64,000 nt of DNA from Squalus acanthias (GCA_030390025.1 CM059432.1:46006001-46070000), one strand, 5' to 3'. Positions 1 to 11,886 are shown, counted from the first letter of the stretch. Notes: generated by a model not told the origin, from the letters alone. Numbers and translations: made by a program.

Positions 1-583
1 GTAATTTTTTTCTCTTATGGAACTTGTGAGCAAAGCTTAGAATCCATGTGATAAAACTAATATTGTCATAGAGCCGGCATGGTCTACAGCTGGCGAAGTT
101 GGAGAGGACTGCTAAAAAATAGGGCATCTTGGGGCCAGGGGAGGAGGGAGCAGTGGCGATCAAGATGGTGGTTAAATGTGAGGAGCTCTCCTGCTCCTCC
201 GAATCCACATTCAGGTAAATTATTTACTTTCTGTGTTGTAGATGTTCCATAGGGCTGGTTTCCCTGAGTGCAGCTCAGGGCAAACCAATGTTGGAGCAGG
301 GACCTCAAGCAGGCGTTAGGTCTCTTATGTGCATATGGAAAGAGCCTAATGCTTGCTTCAGGCATGGGTAAAGCACGCCTCTTGTTTTCCTAACCAAATA
401 TGGCGGGTTGCGCACTTCTGGTGGGAAGTGTGTGCGCAATTCCTGCCTGCCATTTTGGAGCCTTAGTAGCCCATGGAGCACCTGAAAAACAAGCCCTACA
501 TGGTCCAATTTCTAGGTCATTAAAATTGTTTCATTATTATTATTCAAAATTGCCACGTTCCAACGATGCAGTTCACTGAATTT

Positions 584-1005
584 CAACAATAACGACAACT
601 TGCATTTATATAACACTTTTAACACAGTAAAAACATCCCAAGGTGCTTCTCAGGAGTGTTATTAGACAGCCTTTGACACTGAGCCACATAAAGAGATATT
701 TGGACAGATGACCAAAAGTTTGGTATAAGAAGTAGGTTTTAAGGAGCGACTTAAAGAAGGAGTGAGAGGTAGAGAGGCAGAGAGGTTAGGGAGGAAATTC
801 CATAGCTTAAGTCCGAGGCAGCCGAAGGCAAAGCCGCCAATGATGGAGCAATGTAAATCAGTGATGTGCCAGAGGCCAGAATTGGAGGAGGGTTGTAAAG
901 CTGAAGGAGGTTTCAGAGATAGGGAGGGGCGAGGCCATGGAAGGACGAGAATTTTAAAATTGAGGCGTTGTTGGTATAGCCAATGTAGGTCAGTGACCAT
1001 TGTTG
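584..1005 (-). mobile_element. L2-like LINE 3' fragment
   Basis: The minus strand ends in a degenerate L2-type 3' end (...CACCTTGGGATGTTTTTACTGTGTTAAAAGTGTTATATAAATGCAAGTTGTCGTT) and is similar to the plus-strand copy at 37530-38080. Boundaries approximate. Confidence 0.7.
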
Positions 1006-1410
1006 GATAAGATGAACAACCCATAATATAAGCACTCCAGTCACTGCATGTTTTGAGCTTGACGGATAGCAAAAAAATAACTTAATTTTATAGCTTTTTA
1101 ATATTTTTTTTAGAAATGTAATCCATTAACAATAAGGCTATGTATCAAAGGCAAATATGATGTGCCAATTTTTTAATTAGATTGAAATTTTGGATATTTT
1201 CAGCGTGATTAAGAGGATAACCCCAAAAACTAAAATGTAGCAAAAATCTATAGCATGTACCATATTTAATTGATTCAGGTACAGAATCTCTTAGTTGATT
1301 GTAGTCCTGAGCTCTATTACTCTACATGACAAAGTAATTAAGTAATCGACTTGCTTAACATAATTGTGGAAGACATGAATATAACATTCATGCAATTGTA
1401 ACTGTGTGGG

Positions 1411-1604
1411 TGTCGTAAGAATGAGCCTTACGCGTGGTGAACTTAAAGTAAGCTTTAATCAACTAAAAAGGTGCTACATACAAAAGAGGTCTTACTCTAT
1501 GCCTCTCCAGGATCCAACTGATCAGCCCAGTATTTATCCTGGACTAATCACAGGAAGTGATGTAATAAAGTTCGAGTCACAGGAAGCTGTATTGTGTTAC
1601 CACA
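1411..1604 (-). repeat. 3' LTR of the Gypsy element
   Basis: Identical to 5695-5888 on reading; abuts the PPT. Confidence 0.97.
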
Positions 1605-1616
1605 TTCTCCCCCCCC
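1605..1616 (-). promoter_or_regulatory. Polypurine tract (PPT)
   Basis: Sense GGGGGGGGAGAA immediately upstream of the 3' LTR start TGTGG. Confidence 0.9.
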
Positions 1617-1667
1617 AAAAGATTAGGAGGCCGGGATGAAGTTCGAGTCACAGGAAGCTGTATTGTG

Positions 1668-4597
1668 TTACCACATTCTCCCTCCATTTCGTAGCCGCTG
1701 GACGAGGGAGAGCCGCACCCGTTTGGGTTCTCGTAGCGGTAGAGGGCCCCTAGCCCGTTTACCCGCCGCGGGCCGTGGACCAGAGTCCGAGTGATCCAGC
1801 CCGCTCTGTGAGGGGTCAGGACGATCCTGACTGTGTACTGGTGCCCGAACGGGTGTCGGGCAGGGCTGTGGCAGATCTGTTTCCGAGCGTATGGTACGGG
1901 GTGGATCGTGGCTGCGCGTGCGAGCCCCGACGGGCTCATAGTCAGTCTGCCCCAGGTCGGCACACTGGAGTGAGGTACCAGCCGGCGTCAGATCCAGATC
2001 GTGATGAGAGGCACCTGGCGAGCCCAGAGATGTGCCTGGTACAATATCATCCCCTGGTGTCCCTCTATGTTTCGGCGGGCAGGGAGCCAGATCCCGCAAT
2101 GACACGGTAGATTCCCGACCGTCAGGATACCGAATATAGGCGTAGTTGGGTTGACGTCAGTGAGCTCAATCTCATCTACCAGGGGGTCATTCTTAGACGC
2201 CCGAACATATCTTCGGAGTAGCACTGGTCCCGGTGCAGTCAGCCACGACGGGAGAGATATCCCATAGGATGAGCGACGCTGAAATCGGAAGAACCGTTCA
2301 TGAGGCGTCGTATTTGTGGCGGTCGAAAGGAGGGACCGTGTGGAGTGTAATGCGTCTGGAAGTACTGCTTCCCATTGCTGGTTGGGTAGGCCCCGAGATC
2401 TCAAAGCCAGACGTACCGCATTCCAGATGATAGCGTTAAAACGCTCGACTTGCCCATTCCCGACCGGATGATAAGGCGTTGTTCTGCTGGCAGCAATACC
2501 CTGTTCCGAGAGATAGGCCTTGAGTTCTCCTGACATAAAAGAAGGGCCCCGATCCGAATGAACATAGGATGCCATGCCACAGAAAGCAAATACCTGCTCA
2601 AGGCAGCTGATAACCGTGGTCGTCAGCATACTGGGGCAGGGAAAGGCAAATGGAAAACGGGAATACTCATCGACCATGGTCAATAGATAAGGGTTGCGAG
2701 TTGAAGAGGGCAACGGCCCCTTAAAATCGATGCTAAGCCTTTGCATTGGCTGGGTCGCATGTATGAGTATACCACCCGAGGGGCGGAAAAACTGAGGTTT
2801 CAATTCCGCACAGACTCTGCAGTCCGAGCACATCTTCTTTACATCCCCGGTAGAGAATGGGAGATTTCGGGACCGCACGAAGTGTAGCATGCGAGTAACG
2901 CCCGGATAACACAACCCATCATGGATGTCTACGAGCGTAGAGGGTGCCATGGTGGAGCAGAATGCTCGTGTGAGGGTATCCGGAGCCACATTCTCCTTGC
3001 CAGGTCGATAGTGGATGGTGTAACCAAAAGAGGCCAATTCCAGCCGCCAAAGCTGGATTTTATTATTTTTAATTTTGGTCCGTTTTCGATTATCGAGGAT
3101 GAAGGCGACCGATCGCTGGTCCGTGATTAAGGTAAAGTGCTGGCGAGCTAGGAGATGAGTCCACTTCCGTACTGCCTCTATGATGGCTGTAGCTTCTTTC
3201 TCGACTGGAGGATAATGTAGCTCAGCCCCTTGAAAAGTCCTGGACAAAAATGCCACCGGACGACCTTCCTGATTCAGAGTGGCCGAGATCGCCACCTCCG
3301 AGGCATCACACTCAACAACAAAAGGAAGACTCTCATCGATGGAGTGAAGAGTCGCTTTCTCCAACTGTTTTTTCAGGAGGTTAAAGGCTGCAACAGCCGC
3401 TGTGTCTAGTGGGAATGTGCTGGCCTTCAGTAGAGGTTGGATTCCGTCCGAGAAGTTAGGAATCCATTTAGCATAGTATGCAAACAGGCCGAGGGCCCGG
3501 CGCAAGGAGGCCGGATTCTTAGGTGGCGGGAGTTCTTGGAGTGGGCGAAGCCTTTCAGGGTCAGGTTTAATGATGCCATTGCCCACACAATAGCCAAGGA
3601 TGTTGATGGTTGGTTGTGACTCAATGGATTTAGCCGCATTTAATGTCAAATTACGGTGCTGGAGTGCATCCCAAAATCGTTGGAGATTGGCGTCATGTTC
3701 CCGCTGATTGCGACCTGCGACAGTAATATTGTCCAGATAAGGAAACGTATCCTTTAAGTCTTCCTGTTTGACCAGGTCATCCATTGCTCGCTGGAAGACA
3801 GCCACTCCATTAGTGACCCCAAAGGGGAGGCGACGAAATTGATACAGCCGTCCATTGGCTTCAAAGGCCGTATACTGCTTGTCTGAGACCTTCAAGGGTA
3901 CCTGATGATAGGCACTTTTCAGATCATATGTTGAGAACACCGTGTACTCAGCCAGTTTATTAACCATATCATCGATGCGCGGCAATGGGTATGCGTCCAA
4001 GTCAGTATATTGATTGATGGTCTGTGAATAGTCAATGCACAGCCGTTTCTTGTGAGGTTGTAGAGGGTTCTTAACAATAACGACCTGGGCGCGCCATGGC
4101 GACGAACAAGGCTCGATGATATCCTCTGCTAAAAGCCGAGAAATCTCAGCCGCAATAAAAGACTGGTCTTCCTGACTGAAACGTCGTGACTTTGTTATAA
4201 TCGGTTTGCATCGAGGAGGGATACTGGTAAACAGTGAGGGTTCATCCAGTGAAGCTGCTGACAATGCACAGAACGGTAATCGAGGTCGTATATTAGAAAT
4301 AGTGAGTTCAGGTTTGGATCCGCCGAACTCAATGGTGAGCTTCTTATGCTGCTTTTGAAAATCTAGCCCTAAGATAAGATCACTACATAAGTCCTTGAGC
4401 ACCGAAAGCCGGGTGGAGGGATACCTGTGACCATTAAGTGTTATTTCAACCATACAAAAGCCAGAAATTCTGGTATTAAGTGATGACTGAGCCATCGCAA
4501 TTGCCTGGTCCGATGGGAAAACATGTAGCTTTAACTCTGCAACAATCTGTTCCCTAATGAAACTATCAGTGCTACCTGAGTCAATTAAGGCATCCAT
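1668..4597 (-). CDS. pol: Pol polyprotein (protease, RT, RNase H, integrase); 1-bp frameshift near 2148-2150 in the integrase C-terminus
   Basis: Protease ALIDSGS. RT motifs RLCIDY, DLKSAYHQ, LPFG and YLDN. RNase H CDAS, EKEA, TDQ. Integrase IDFKGP, HSDRG, GQVERFN. The ORF 1988-4597 continues in another frame as YAYIRYPDGRESTVSLRDLAP to the stop at 1668. Confidence 0.93.
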
Positions 4598-5616
4598 TAA
4601 TGTCCATTAATTGATGCTTTTGTAGCTGCATGGAATAGGTTCTGAGGACAAGCAGCTGTAATTGGTGTCGTTGCACAAAGAGTGGCTGAAACTCTAGGTG
4701 TGTTTCTTCGAGAGAAAACCCGAGAGGAAGCACGATAGATTTTAGCCGGAACATCTTGATAGGCCCTTACCGGGGCAGTTCGATAGGACTTAGCTTGATA
4801 AGCCCTCGTAGAGGCTCTTGATAGGCAAACCTTTGCAAAATGACCCTTTTTGTTGCAATGACTGCAAAACGCATTGCGAGCAGGGCAGAATTTCCGAGGG
4901 TGAAACTCATCACCACAAAAGAAGCATTTCTTAGATTGCCAAGAGGCTGCCACAGTGGGGTCATCATCCTCTTCATCAGTGAAGTCATCAGATTGATCGT
5001 CAGGGATAAAGTCCTCCCTAATAGAGTTCACCTGTGGCCTCTTAAATTGCCTGACTGTAGTTAAGGCAGCAGACCGAGGTCTGGGCACTGTATAAAGGTC
5101 TGTATTTCTTTTTGCCAGATCTAGAGAGCAAGCCATGTCATAAGCTCTCTGAAGCTCAAGTGTCTTACTTTCCAGTAGACGCTGGCGTATAAATGGGGAG
5201 GCAAGCCCGCAGATGAAAGCATCACGGATCATTTCTTCACGGTACAGCTCAGCTGAGGCCGCCTGAAAGTTACAGTCCATACTAAGTCTGCGAAGCTCTT
5301 GGAGGAATTTATCAATGGATTCCTCCGGCCCTTGTTGGGCTGTAGCTAGTAGATGTCTGGCATAGACCTCATTCGGTGTCTTAGTATATAGTCTTTTAAG
5401 CGTCCGAATTGCCTCCTCGTAACTGCCCCATTCCTCGACATACTGAAATACATTCGGGGTGACACAGTTGATGAGTATCCGCAATTTTGAGTCATCATCA
5501 GCCTTGCAATATTCGAGAAAATTGTCAAACGTGCGATACCAGTGTTTCCACACCTTACCGGCTGCTGGGGTGTTTGGGTCCAAGTCAAGACGCGATGGTT
5601 TAAGGATGTTTTCCAT
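4597..5616 (-). CDS. gag: Gag with tandem zinc knuckles, running into the protease N-terminus
   Basis: 339-aa ORF with CFFCGDEFHPRKFC-PARNAF-CSHCNKKGHFAKVC (double CCHC, Mag-like). It ends in INGH*, with TAA overlapping the pol ATG. Confidence 0.93.
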   Translation of the reverse strand: MENILKPSRLDLDPNTPAAGKVWKHWYRTFDNFLEYCKADDDSKLRILINCVTPNVFQYVEEWGSYEEAIRTLKRLYTKTPNEVYARHLLATAQQGPEESIDKFLQELRRLSMDCNFQAASAELYREEMIRDAFICGLASPFIRQRLLESKTLELQRAYDMACSLDLAKRNTDLYTVPRPRSAALTTVRQFKRPQVNSIREDFIPDDQSDDFTDEEDDDPTVAASWQSKKCFFCGDEFHPRKFCPARNAFCSHCNKKGHFAKVCLSRASTRAYQAKSYRTAPVRAYQDVPAKIYRASSRVFSRRNTPRVSATLCATTPITAACPQNLFHAATKASINGH

Positions 5617-5682
5617 GATGGGTGATTCCCTGGATCCTTAGTTCCGAGTTCGTCCAAAAAGTTTGAGTGCGAAGTTTTTCAA

Positions 5683-5693
5683 AGTTGATTAAA
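5683..5693 (-). promoter_or_regulatory. Non-tRNA primer-binding site complementary to the element's own LTR
   Basis: Sense TTTAATCAACT begins 1 nt after the 5' LTR, with no TGG. It is the exact complement of LTR sense AGTTGATTAAA (5748-5738). Confidence 0.7.
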
Positions 5694-5694
5694 T

Positions 5695-5888
5695 TGTCGT
5701 AAGAATGAGCCTTACGCGTGGTGAACTTAAAGTAAGCTTTAATCAACTAAAAAGGTGCTACATACAAAAGAGGTCTTACTCTATGCCTCTCCAGGATCCA
5801 ACTGATCAGCCCAGTATTTATCCTGGACTAATCACAGGAAGTGATGTAATAAAGTTCGAGTCACAGGAAGCTGTATTGTGTTACCACA
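5695..5888 (-). repeat. 5' LTR of the Gypsy element
   Basis: Identical to 1411-1604. TATA-like ATAAATA (5821-5815) and an ATTAAA poly(A)-like hexamer (5743-5738) on the sense strand. Confidence 0.97.
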
Positions 5889-6276
5889 GTGGGTATATAT
5901 GCTCTATTTGCTATTTTTAGTGAAAGTGCAACTGTGTGTATATAGAATGCATTTACAGATTTATTACAATAGGTGAACAGAGGAAATCTTCACCTCTTAC
6001 TGAATACTGGAAAATTATGGCTATGGTATTCATTTGATTGTAATTGTGTATACATACTGGAATTTTGTACCCTAGTTAATATAAAGCCAAAGACAGTTAA
6101 TTTAAGGTACTCAATATAGTAGAGCTAACAGATAGTTGAAAATTGCATGAATGTTTCTTGCAACTGGCAACAACTAGTCCGTTGTTTCTTCTTCAGGTGC
6201 TGCGCCTCTTATTAATCCCCCACCACTCATGGGAACCCTTCTTCTTTTGGGCCTCAATGTTCATGCTTCTTTGTAA

Positions 6277-6375
6277 CATTACAACAGTGATTACACTTCA
6301 AAAGTACTTCATTGGCGGTAAAGCGCTTTGGACGTCCTGAGGCCGTTAAAGTTGCTATATCAATGCAAATCTTTC
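6277..6375 (+). mobile_element. SINE 3' tail fragment (same family as 39153-39583)
   Basis: CATTACAACAGTGATTACACTTCAAAAGTACTTCATTGGC...GTCCTGAGG...CTATAT matches the reverse complement of 39155-39260. Confidence 0.7.
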
Positions 6376-9300
6376 TTTTTTATAAGGTAAAGCTGTGCAG
6401 CAGGCAGTGCATGTACACAATCCTTGAGACCCTAGTGGGACTATATTGCAGGACACCCCAAGATCAATCTCAGTAGAGCAGGTTAAAATTCAAAACTGCA
6501 GGAAGGGAGTGGGACATTGCGGGGTAAGTATCCCAGACAATTTTAACTGCCAGCCTGCTCAGTTTCTGCCAGGTGGACAGGGTTAAAATCAACACTATCA
6601 TGTTCATAGTAGATGTCTATCAATTTTTTCATTGAATTTTCAGCAATGGTTTGTTTCCTCATTCGTAAACTGTGGGACTTTATCTTATTCTTTGGTTAAA
6701 TCTCTGTTTTTCTCCTTTCCATCGATTATTTTCTTCTTTTGTTCTTTGTCAATCATGGTGCACAAAACGTTTCGTCCCCCATATATTTTCATTCCAACCA
6801 TGTTGCTTCACTTGGCTGGAAGTCCCCACCCATGGCCCATCTCCCCACACACGGATGGCTTTGTTTGGGGCACGTGGAGGCTTGCAAGAATATCAGGAAA
6901 CAGCAACAGAAGGCCAGGACCTAGTATATCCAGGTCTTGGCCTAATTTACAACAATTCTGCCACACCGCCACTAGAATTACAATGGAAGTGCACCAGCAG
7001 GGCCACAAATCATCAGCACCAGAGTGTCAAAGAAATCTACATTTTCTGCCCATGAACCTCCCAAAGAATTGAATCTTGTATCATCAACATTTGCATTGCC
7101 CCTTCAGAAATTCTTAGATTTGCCAAGACTGGCCATTTGCTTTTAAAGTAGAATAGAACTTCCATCAATTTGTTAGCTTAATCAACATTTCTTTTAATGT
7201 TTCTTTTGTTTTTCTCTTCTCCATTAGTGTATGCAGCAAGCCCAATTTCTGGCCAATAGAGGGATGTACAAGTTGCTCCTATGCATCAGTTAATACCTGT
7301 GGTTAAATTTTGGAGCCTTCTCATTTAGTTAGCTCAGTAATGGCATGTCTGACCTGGAGTTATTTTTGATTTGACTGTAATGGTGCATGAGTCCTCATTA
7401 ATGATCTTAACAGGGCCTTAACAAGCATAAAAATTACTTTTTCACCAATGTTAAGTCATTTTTGAAGGGGTAGGAATCATCAGGGAAATATTAAACAAGA
7501 CAAATGCACAGGTGCTGTTACCCAGCACCTTTTTTTCTGGTGGTGGACAGGCTGCCTACTCACCTCAACCATTCCTGTCAGAAAAGGGGAATCACAATCA
7601 CAAGTTTTAAACAACTACAGATGTCCAGTTTTTTATCTGACTTGAGGGAAAAAAGTAAGATGGTAAAGCAAAATAGTGCAGCTGGCGCTCTGAAATCCAA
7701 CTCACACTCTGAACAGCAGAGGCTGTATAGCACTGGCAGTCATAAAATCCAGAATCTTTTCCATTTCAAGTGCTTCTATTTAATATGTTTGGAAGCTCTA
7801 AGGTCTACATTGAGTCATAATGTTTCACATAGATCACAGAAAGACTTCCTTCACTCAGCTGTTTCAACCTAATCTCAGACCCATATTTATCTCAATAAAT
7901 CATCTGCTAATATTTCACATTTAGGAGCACATTTATATCAGCAAATATCATACTAATCTCAATTTTTAAAAATTATATTGTATTTTCCAATTATACTTGT
8001 TATCAACAAGCATAAGTATGCACATGTCTCAACAATTAGCCAGAACCTTGAGATATTCCAAATTTTGGTGCTATATTCTACGCATTGTAGTTGATGGATC
8101 CCAGTCTGGCCATTGTAATGAAGGAATCATCAGATACTGGTGATGTTGCACAGGGCTGGAAGCAAGTAAACATAGTGGCAGTTAAATTTGATTAAGCTGA
8201 ATGCGCTGCTGACAGGCTGTGTGCTCAGCAGGGGGCTGAAGTTCACGATGTTCACACAATGCTAGCTTTACATAAAGCTAGCCTGCGCCTCTTAAAGGCA
8301 GTCTGCACCTCTTAAAGGTGAGCTGCCTTATGGTGATGAAAAATGTTACCTCTGCTTCAGCACTAACCCAAATGGCTCAACAGGCCAGGGAAAGAGCACC
8401 CAGGGTCTGGGACGCAGCACGGGCTCCAGTGCCCGAAGAAGTATAATGATCTCAAACGAGTGGTTAAGGCCAGTGAATACATCTTCAAAAGCCATCTCCT
8501 ACCAACTGCACGACTAGCCTCACACACTGCTCAATGCACGACCACCCCATCACTCACCTATCAACAGTCTCTACCAATCACGAGGCGCACCTCACATTCC
8601 TAGCTTCACCTCACCCTCACACACTTACCACTGCTGCAATCCTCACACTCACAGCTTGAACACACTGTTAGTTATTCAACCATGACAGCCACATCTCCCA
8701 AACACGTTACACCACATTCACTGACACACTTCGCTTTCTCTTGCAGGAAAAGGTGGTGCATAACTGGTGCCAGCAGACCTTAACCGGTGGGGGACAGGCT
8801 CGCCTGCATCACCTCACCCTCTTGGAGGAGACGGTGCTGGCCATTCTTGGCAGGGGCATGGCTGAGCTCGTGGCCAGCGGCGGTGCTGAAAGAATACAAG
8901 ATGCCGGTATCCTCATACATTATCCTCCTTCTCACATCTCCCTCATCCCACAATATCTTCTGATTTACAAGCTGCACATGGTGTAGGCATGCACCTCTTG
9001 CTTTACCCTCCTCCCCTCACCACAAACCTACCTTTGTGCCTTCCACATTTCAGACAAAGAAATCCAGTCTGCCCAGCCAGTGGGTCAACAAGAAGAGGGA
9101 GAGGAGAGTAAAGAAAAAGAAACACTGTCACTCGATTCCACACTCCCAGTCACCAGCTCCTGGATGTCATCCTGCAAGGCCATCTTTAGCCTCCCCCACT
9201 GAAAGTCAACAACCTTCCACCAGCCATGCTGTAGCCACTGGAGTAGCACTGCATAGGAGCACTAGGATAAGCAAAGACACATGCAAGACAGTCACTAAGG

Positions 9301-11209
9301 GAATGCACAAGGGTGATTAGTTGATTTTTTGATGTAATATTGGATGCATATATGGATAAAGTTGGATTGGAAGTTTGCTTTGTGGTGGCTTTTATTTCAG
9401 CATTGTGGCCAAGAGGACGCTGTGATGGTCAGTAACAGAGGGAAGATAAATTATGGACCAAATGTTGAAAGAGGAATTGGGGTTGTGTTCACTGATACCA
9501 CAGATCAGATGATTCGATCCCGGATAACCCGGCCAGAAAGGGGCTGTCCTGGTTGCCTCCTTCCTTCCACTTCCTCCTCTTCCGCTATCTCCTCTTCTGC
9601 TTCCCCTTCTTCCGCTTCTTCCTCTTCCTTCTCCTCCTCCCTCTGCAAGCAGCTTGCCCCTTTACTGCCTCTGCTCCATCTCCATGTCATTTTGCAGCCC
9701 AAGGGGGCCTGCAACTAGAGCTCCCATGTCTGGGAGTAAGTGATGTCTCAGAGGGCTTCCTTTGAGCCAAAGCCTTGTGAACATCCAACAGCACTTCCCG
9801 CACACTTTTAACAACTTTTTAAATGTCTTACACCAAGCCACTGACGAGGGAGATAGAGAAGATGATGAAACAAAAAAAGGTGTATGATGAATGTCAGGTG
9901 AATTCTTCAAGGAGAACCAGACCAAATACAATAAGTTGAGAGGGGAAGTGAAGATGAAAATAAGATTGGCAAAGAGAGAATATGAGAATAGAATGGCGGT
10001 TAACATAAAAGGGATCCCAAAAATCATCTACCGGCATGTAAACAGTAAGCGGGTAGTAAGAGGCGGGGTGGGGCCTATTAGAGACAAAGAAGGTGATATA
10101 TGCTTAGAGGCGCAGGGCAAGGCTAGAATACTCAATGACTACTTTTTATTGATGTTTACTAAGGAGGTGGATGCTGACAAAATATCGTTAGAAGTGGAAA
10201 AGGTAGAAGCAATGGAAGGGGTGAAAATTGATCGATAGGATGTACTAGAAGGGCTGGGTATGCTTAGAGTGGATAAGTCGCCAGGTCCAGATGGCTTGCA
10301 TCTCAGGTTGCTAATGGAATTGGGGGAGGAGATAGTGGAAGAGCTTGCCATAATTTTCCAATCTTCCCTAGTTGCGGGGGAGGTGCCTGAGGATTGGAAA
10401 GTGGCAAATGTGACACCATTGTTCACGAAAGGGTGTAAGGACAATCCTAGTAACTACAGGCCGGTCAGTTTAACATCAGTGGTGGGTAAAGTTTCAGAAA
10501 CAATAATCAAGGAAAAAATTAACAGGCACTTGGAGAGGTTTAAGCTAATTAAGGAGAGCCAACACGGATTTGTCAAAGGCAGATCGTGTTTGACTAATCT
10601 AATTGAATTTTTTGATGAAGTAACAGTGAGGATTGATGAAGGGAATGCAATGGATGTTGTCCACATGGATTTTCGGAACGCGTTTGACAAAGTACCACAT
10701 AGAAAGCTGGTTAACAAAATTGAGGCTCATGGAATAGGTGGGTCAGTGGCGGCTTAGATAAGGAATTGGCTTAAGGACAGAAAACAGTGAGTTGTGGTAA
10801 ATGGCTGTTTTTCAGACTGGAAGATGGTATCAGTGGTGTTCCCCAAGGATCAGTGCTGGGGCCATTGCTTTTTTTGATATATATAAATGACCTGGATATT
10901 GGAATACAGAGTAGAATTTCTAAATTTGCCAATGACACCAAACTTGGGGGTGTGGCAAACAGTGAGATGATACCAATCGACTGCAACAGGACATAGAAAG
11001 GCTAGCAGAATGGGCAGACAAGTGGTAGATGGAATTTAATACAGAGAAGTGTGAGGTGATGCATTTTGGCAGAAGTAACAGGGAGAGGCAATATACATTG
11101 AATGGCACAGTTTTAAAGAGTGTGCAGGGACAGAGGGATCTGGGAGTTAATGTGCATAGGTCCCTGAAGGTGGCGGGACATATTGAGAGAGTGGTTAGTA
11201 AAGCATATG

Positions 11210-11886
11210 GGGGGAGAAATGCGGGCGCTAACAGGGCACAACGCAACTAGCGCCCGGGCGCGGCGCCACCCACGCCTCCTGCGAAATTCAGCTGATGGTT
11301 AGCAGCGGCGCTAACCGGTAGCGCCCCGAGGTGCTGCGCCGCCGGCGATGATGTCTTCGCTGTGTGCAGCACCCCGCTCACGCCCCGGCCGTGATCTTCA
11401 GGAGCGCCCCCTGACTTACCGCCGGACGCTATGTCCGACGGGGTCAGGGGGACCTACCTATGGCCAGGGCGGCGCTATTTAAAGGCGAGTTGCGGGGTGG
11501 CCATTTTTGTTGCTGGTTGCCTGCCAGCACCTGCCTGCGCTCCCGTCCCCGGCCTCCTGAACTGCCCCCCCCCCCCACGGAGTGCCGGCTGGGCTTCAAG
11601 AGCCCGGCACGTCTCTTGAGTGCCGGGCTCTTTTGCCGGCACTCCCGATCCCCTGGGGTGCAGCTGGGCCCCGGGTTGCGCTGTGCAATTCCCCTCCCCT
11701 TTAAGGACCCTCCCCACTGTGGCATGTAGCGCCGCGTTATTGACTCACAGCGCCCCAAGTGGGCGCTTCCAGTAGCACCCCGCTTCTCTCTTGGGGCGCA
11801 ACCACTCAATTTCCGGCACGGGGGCGCTAATTTTTCCAGGGCGCTAAAAGTAGCTCCCCCACGAAGTTAGCGCCCCGTTTTAGCCC
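11210..11886. mobile_element. Non-autonomous Harbinger element (MITE) inside CR1 ORF2
   Basis: Interrupts the CR1 sequence AAAGCATATG|GGATCTTGGG with a 3-bp ATG duplication. Starts GGGGGAGAAAT; the right end is degenerate. Colinear with 30236-31008. Confidence 0.88.

Larger units (their letters stand above)
1411..5888 (-). mobile_element. Full-length Ty3/Gypsy LTR retrotransposon (Mag-like Gag), very recent insertion
   Basis: Two identical 194-bp TG...CA LTRs (1411-1604, 5695-5888). 5-bp TSD GTGGG at 1406-1410 and 5889-5893. Domain order gag-PR-RT-RNaseH-IN. PPT next to the 3' LTR. Confidence 0.97.

Noticed and set aside
6632..7072. Overlapping 146-aa and 127-aa ORFs
   Set aside because: No domain motifs, non-ATG starts and a low-complexity T-rich beginning; probably chance.
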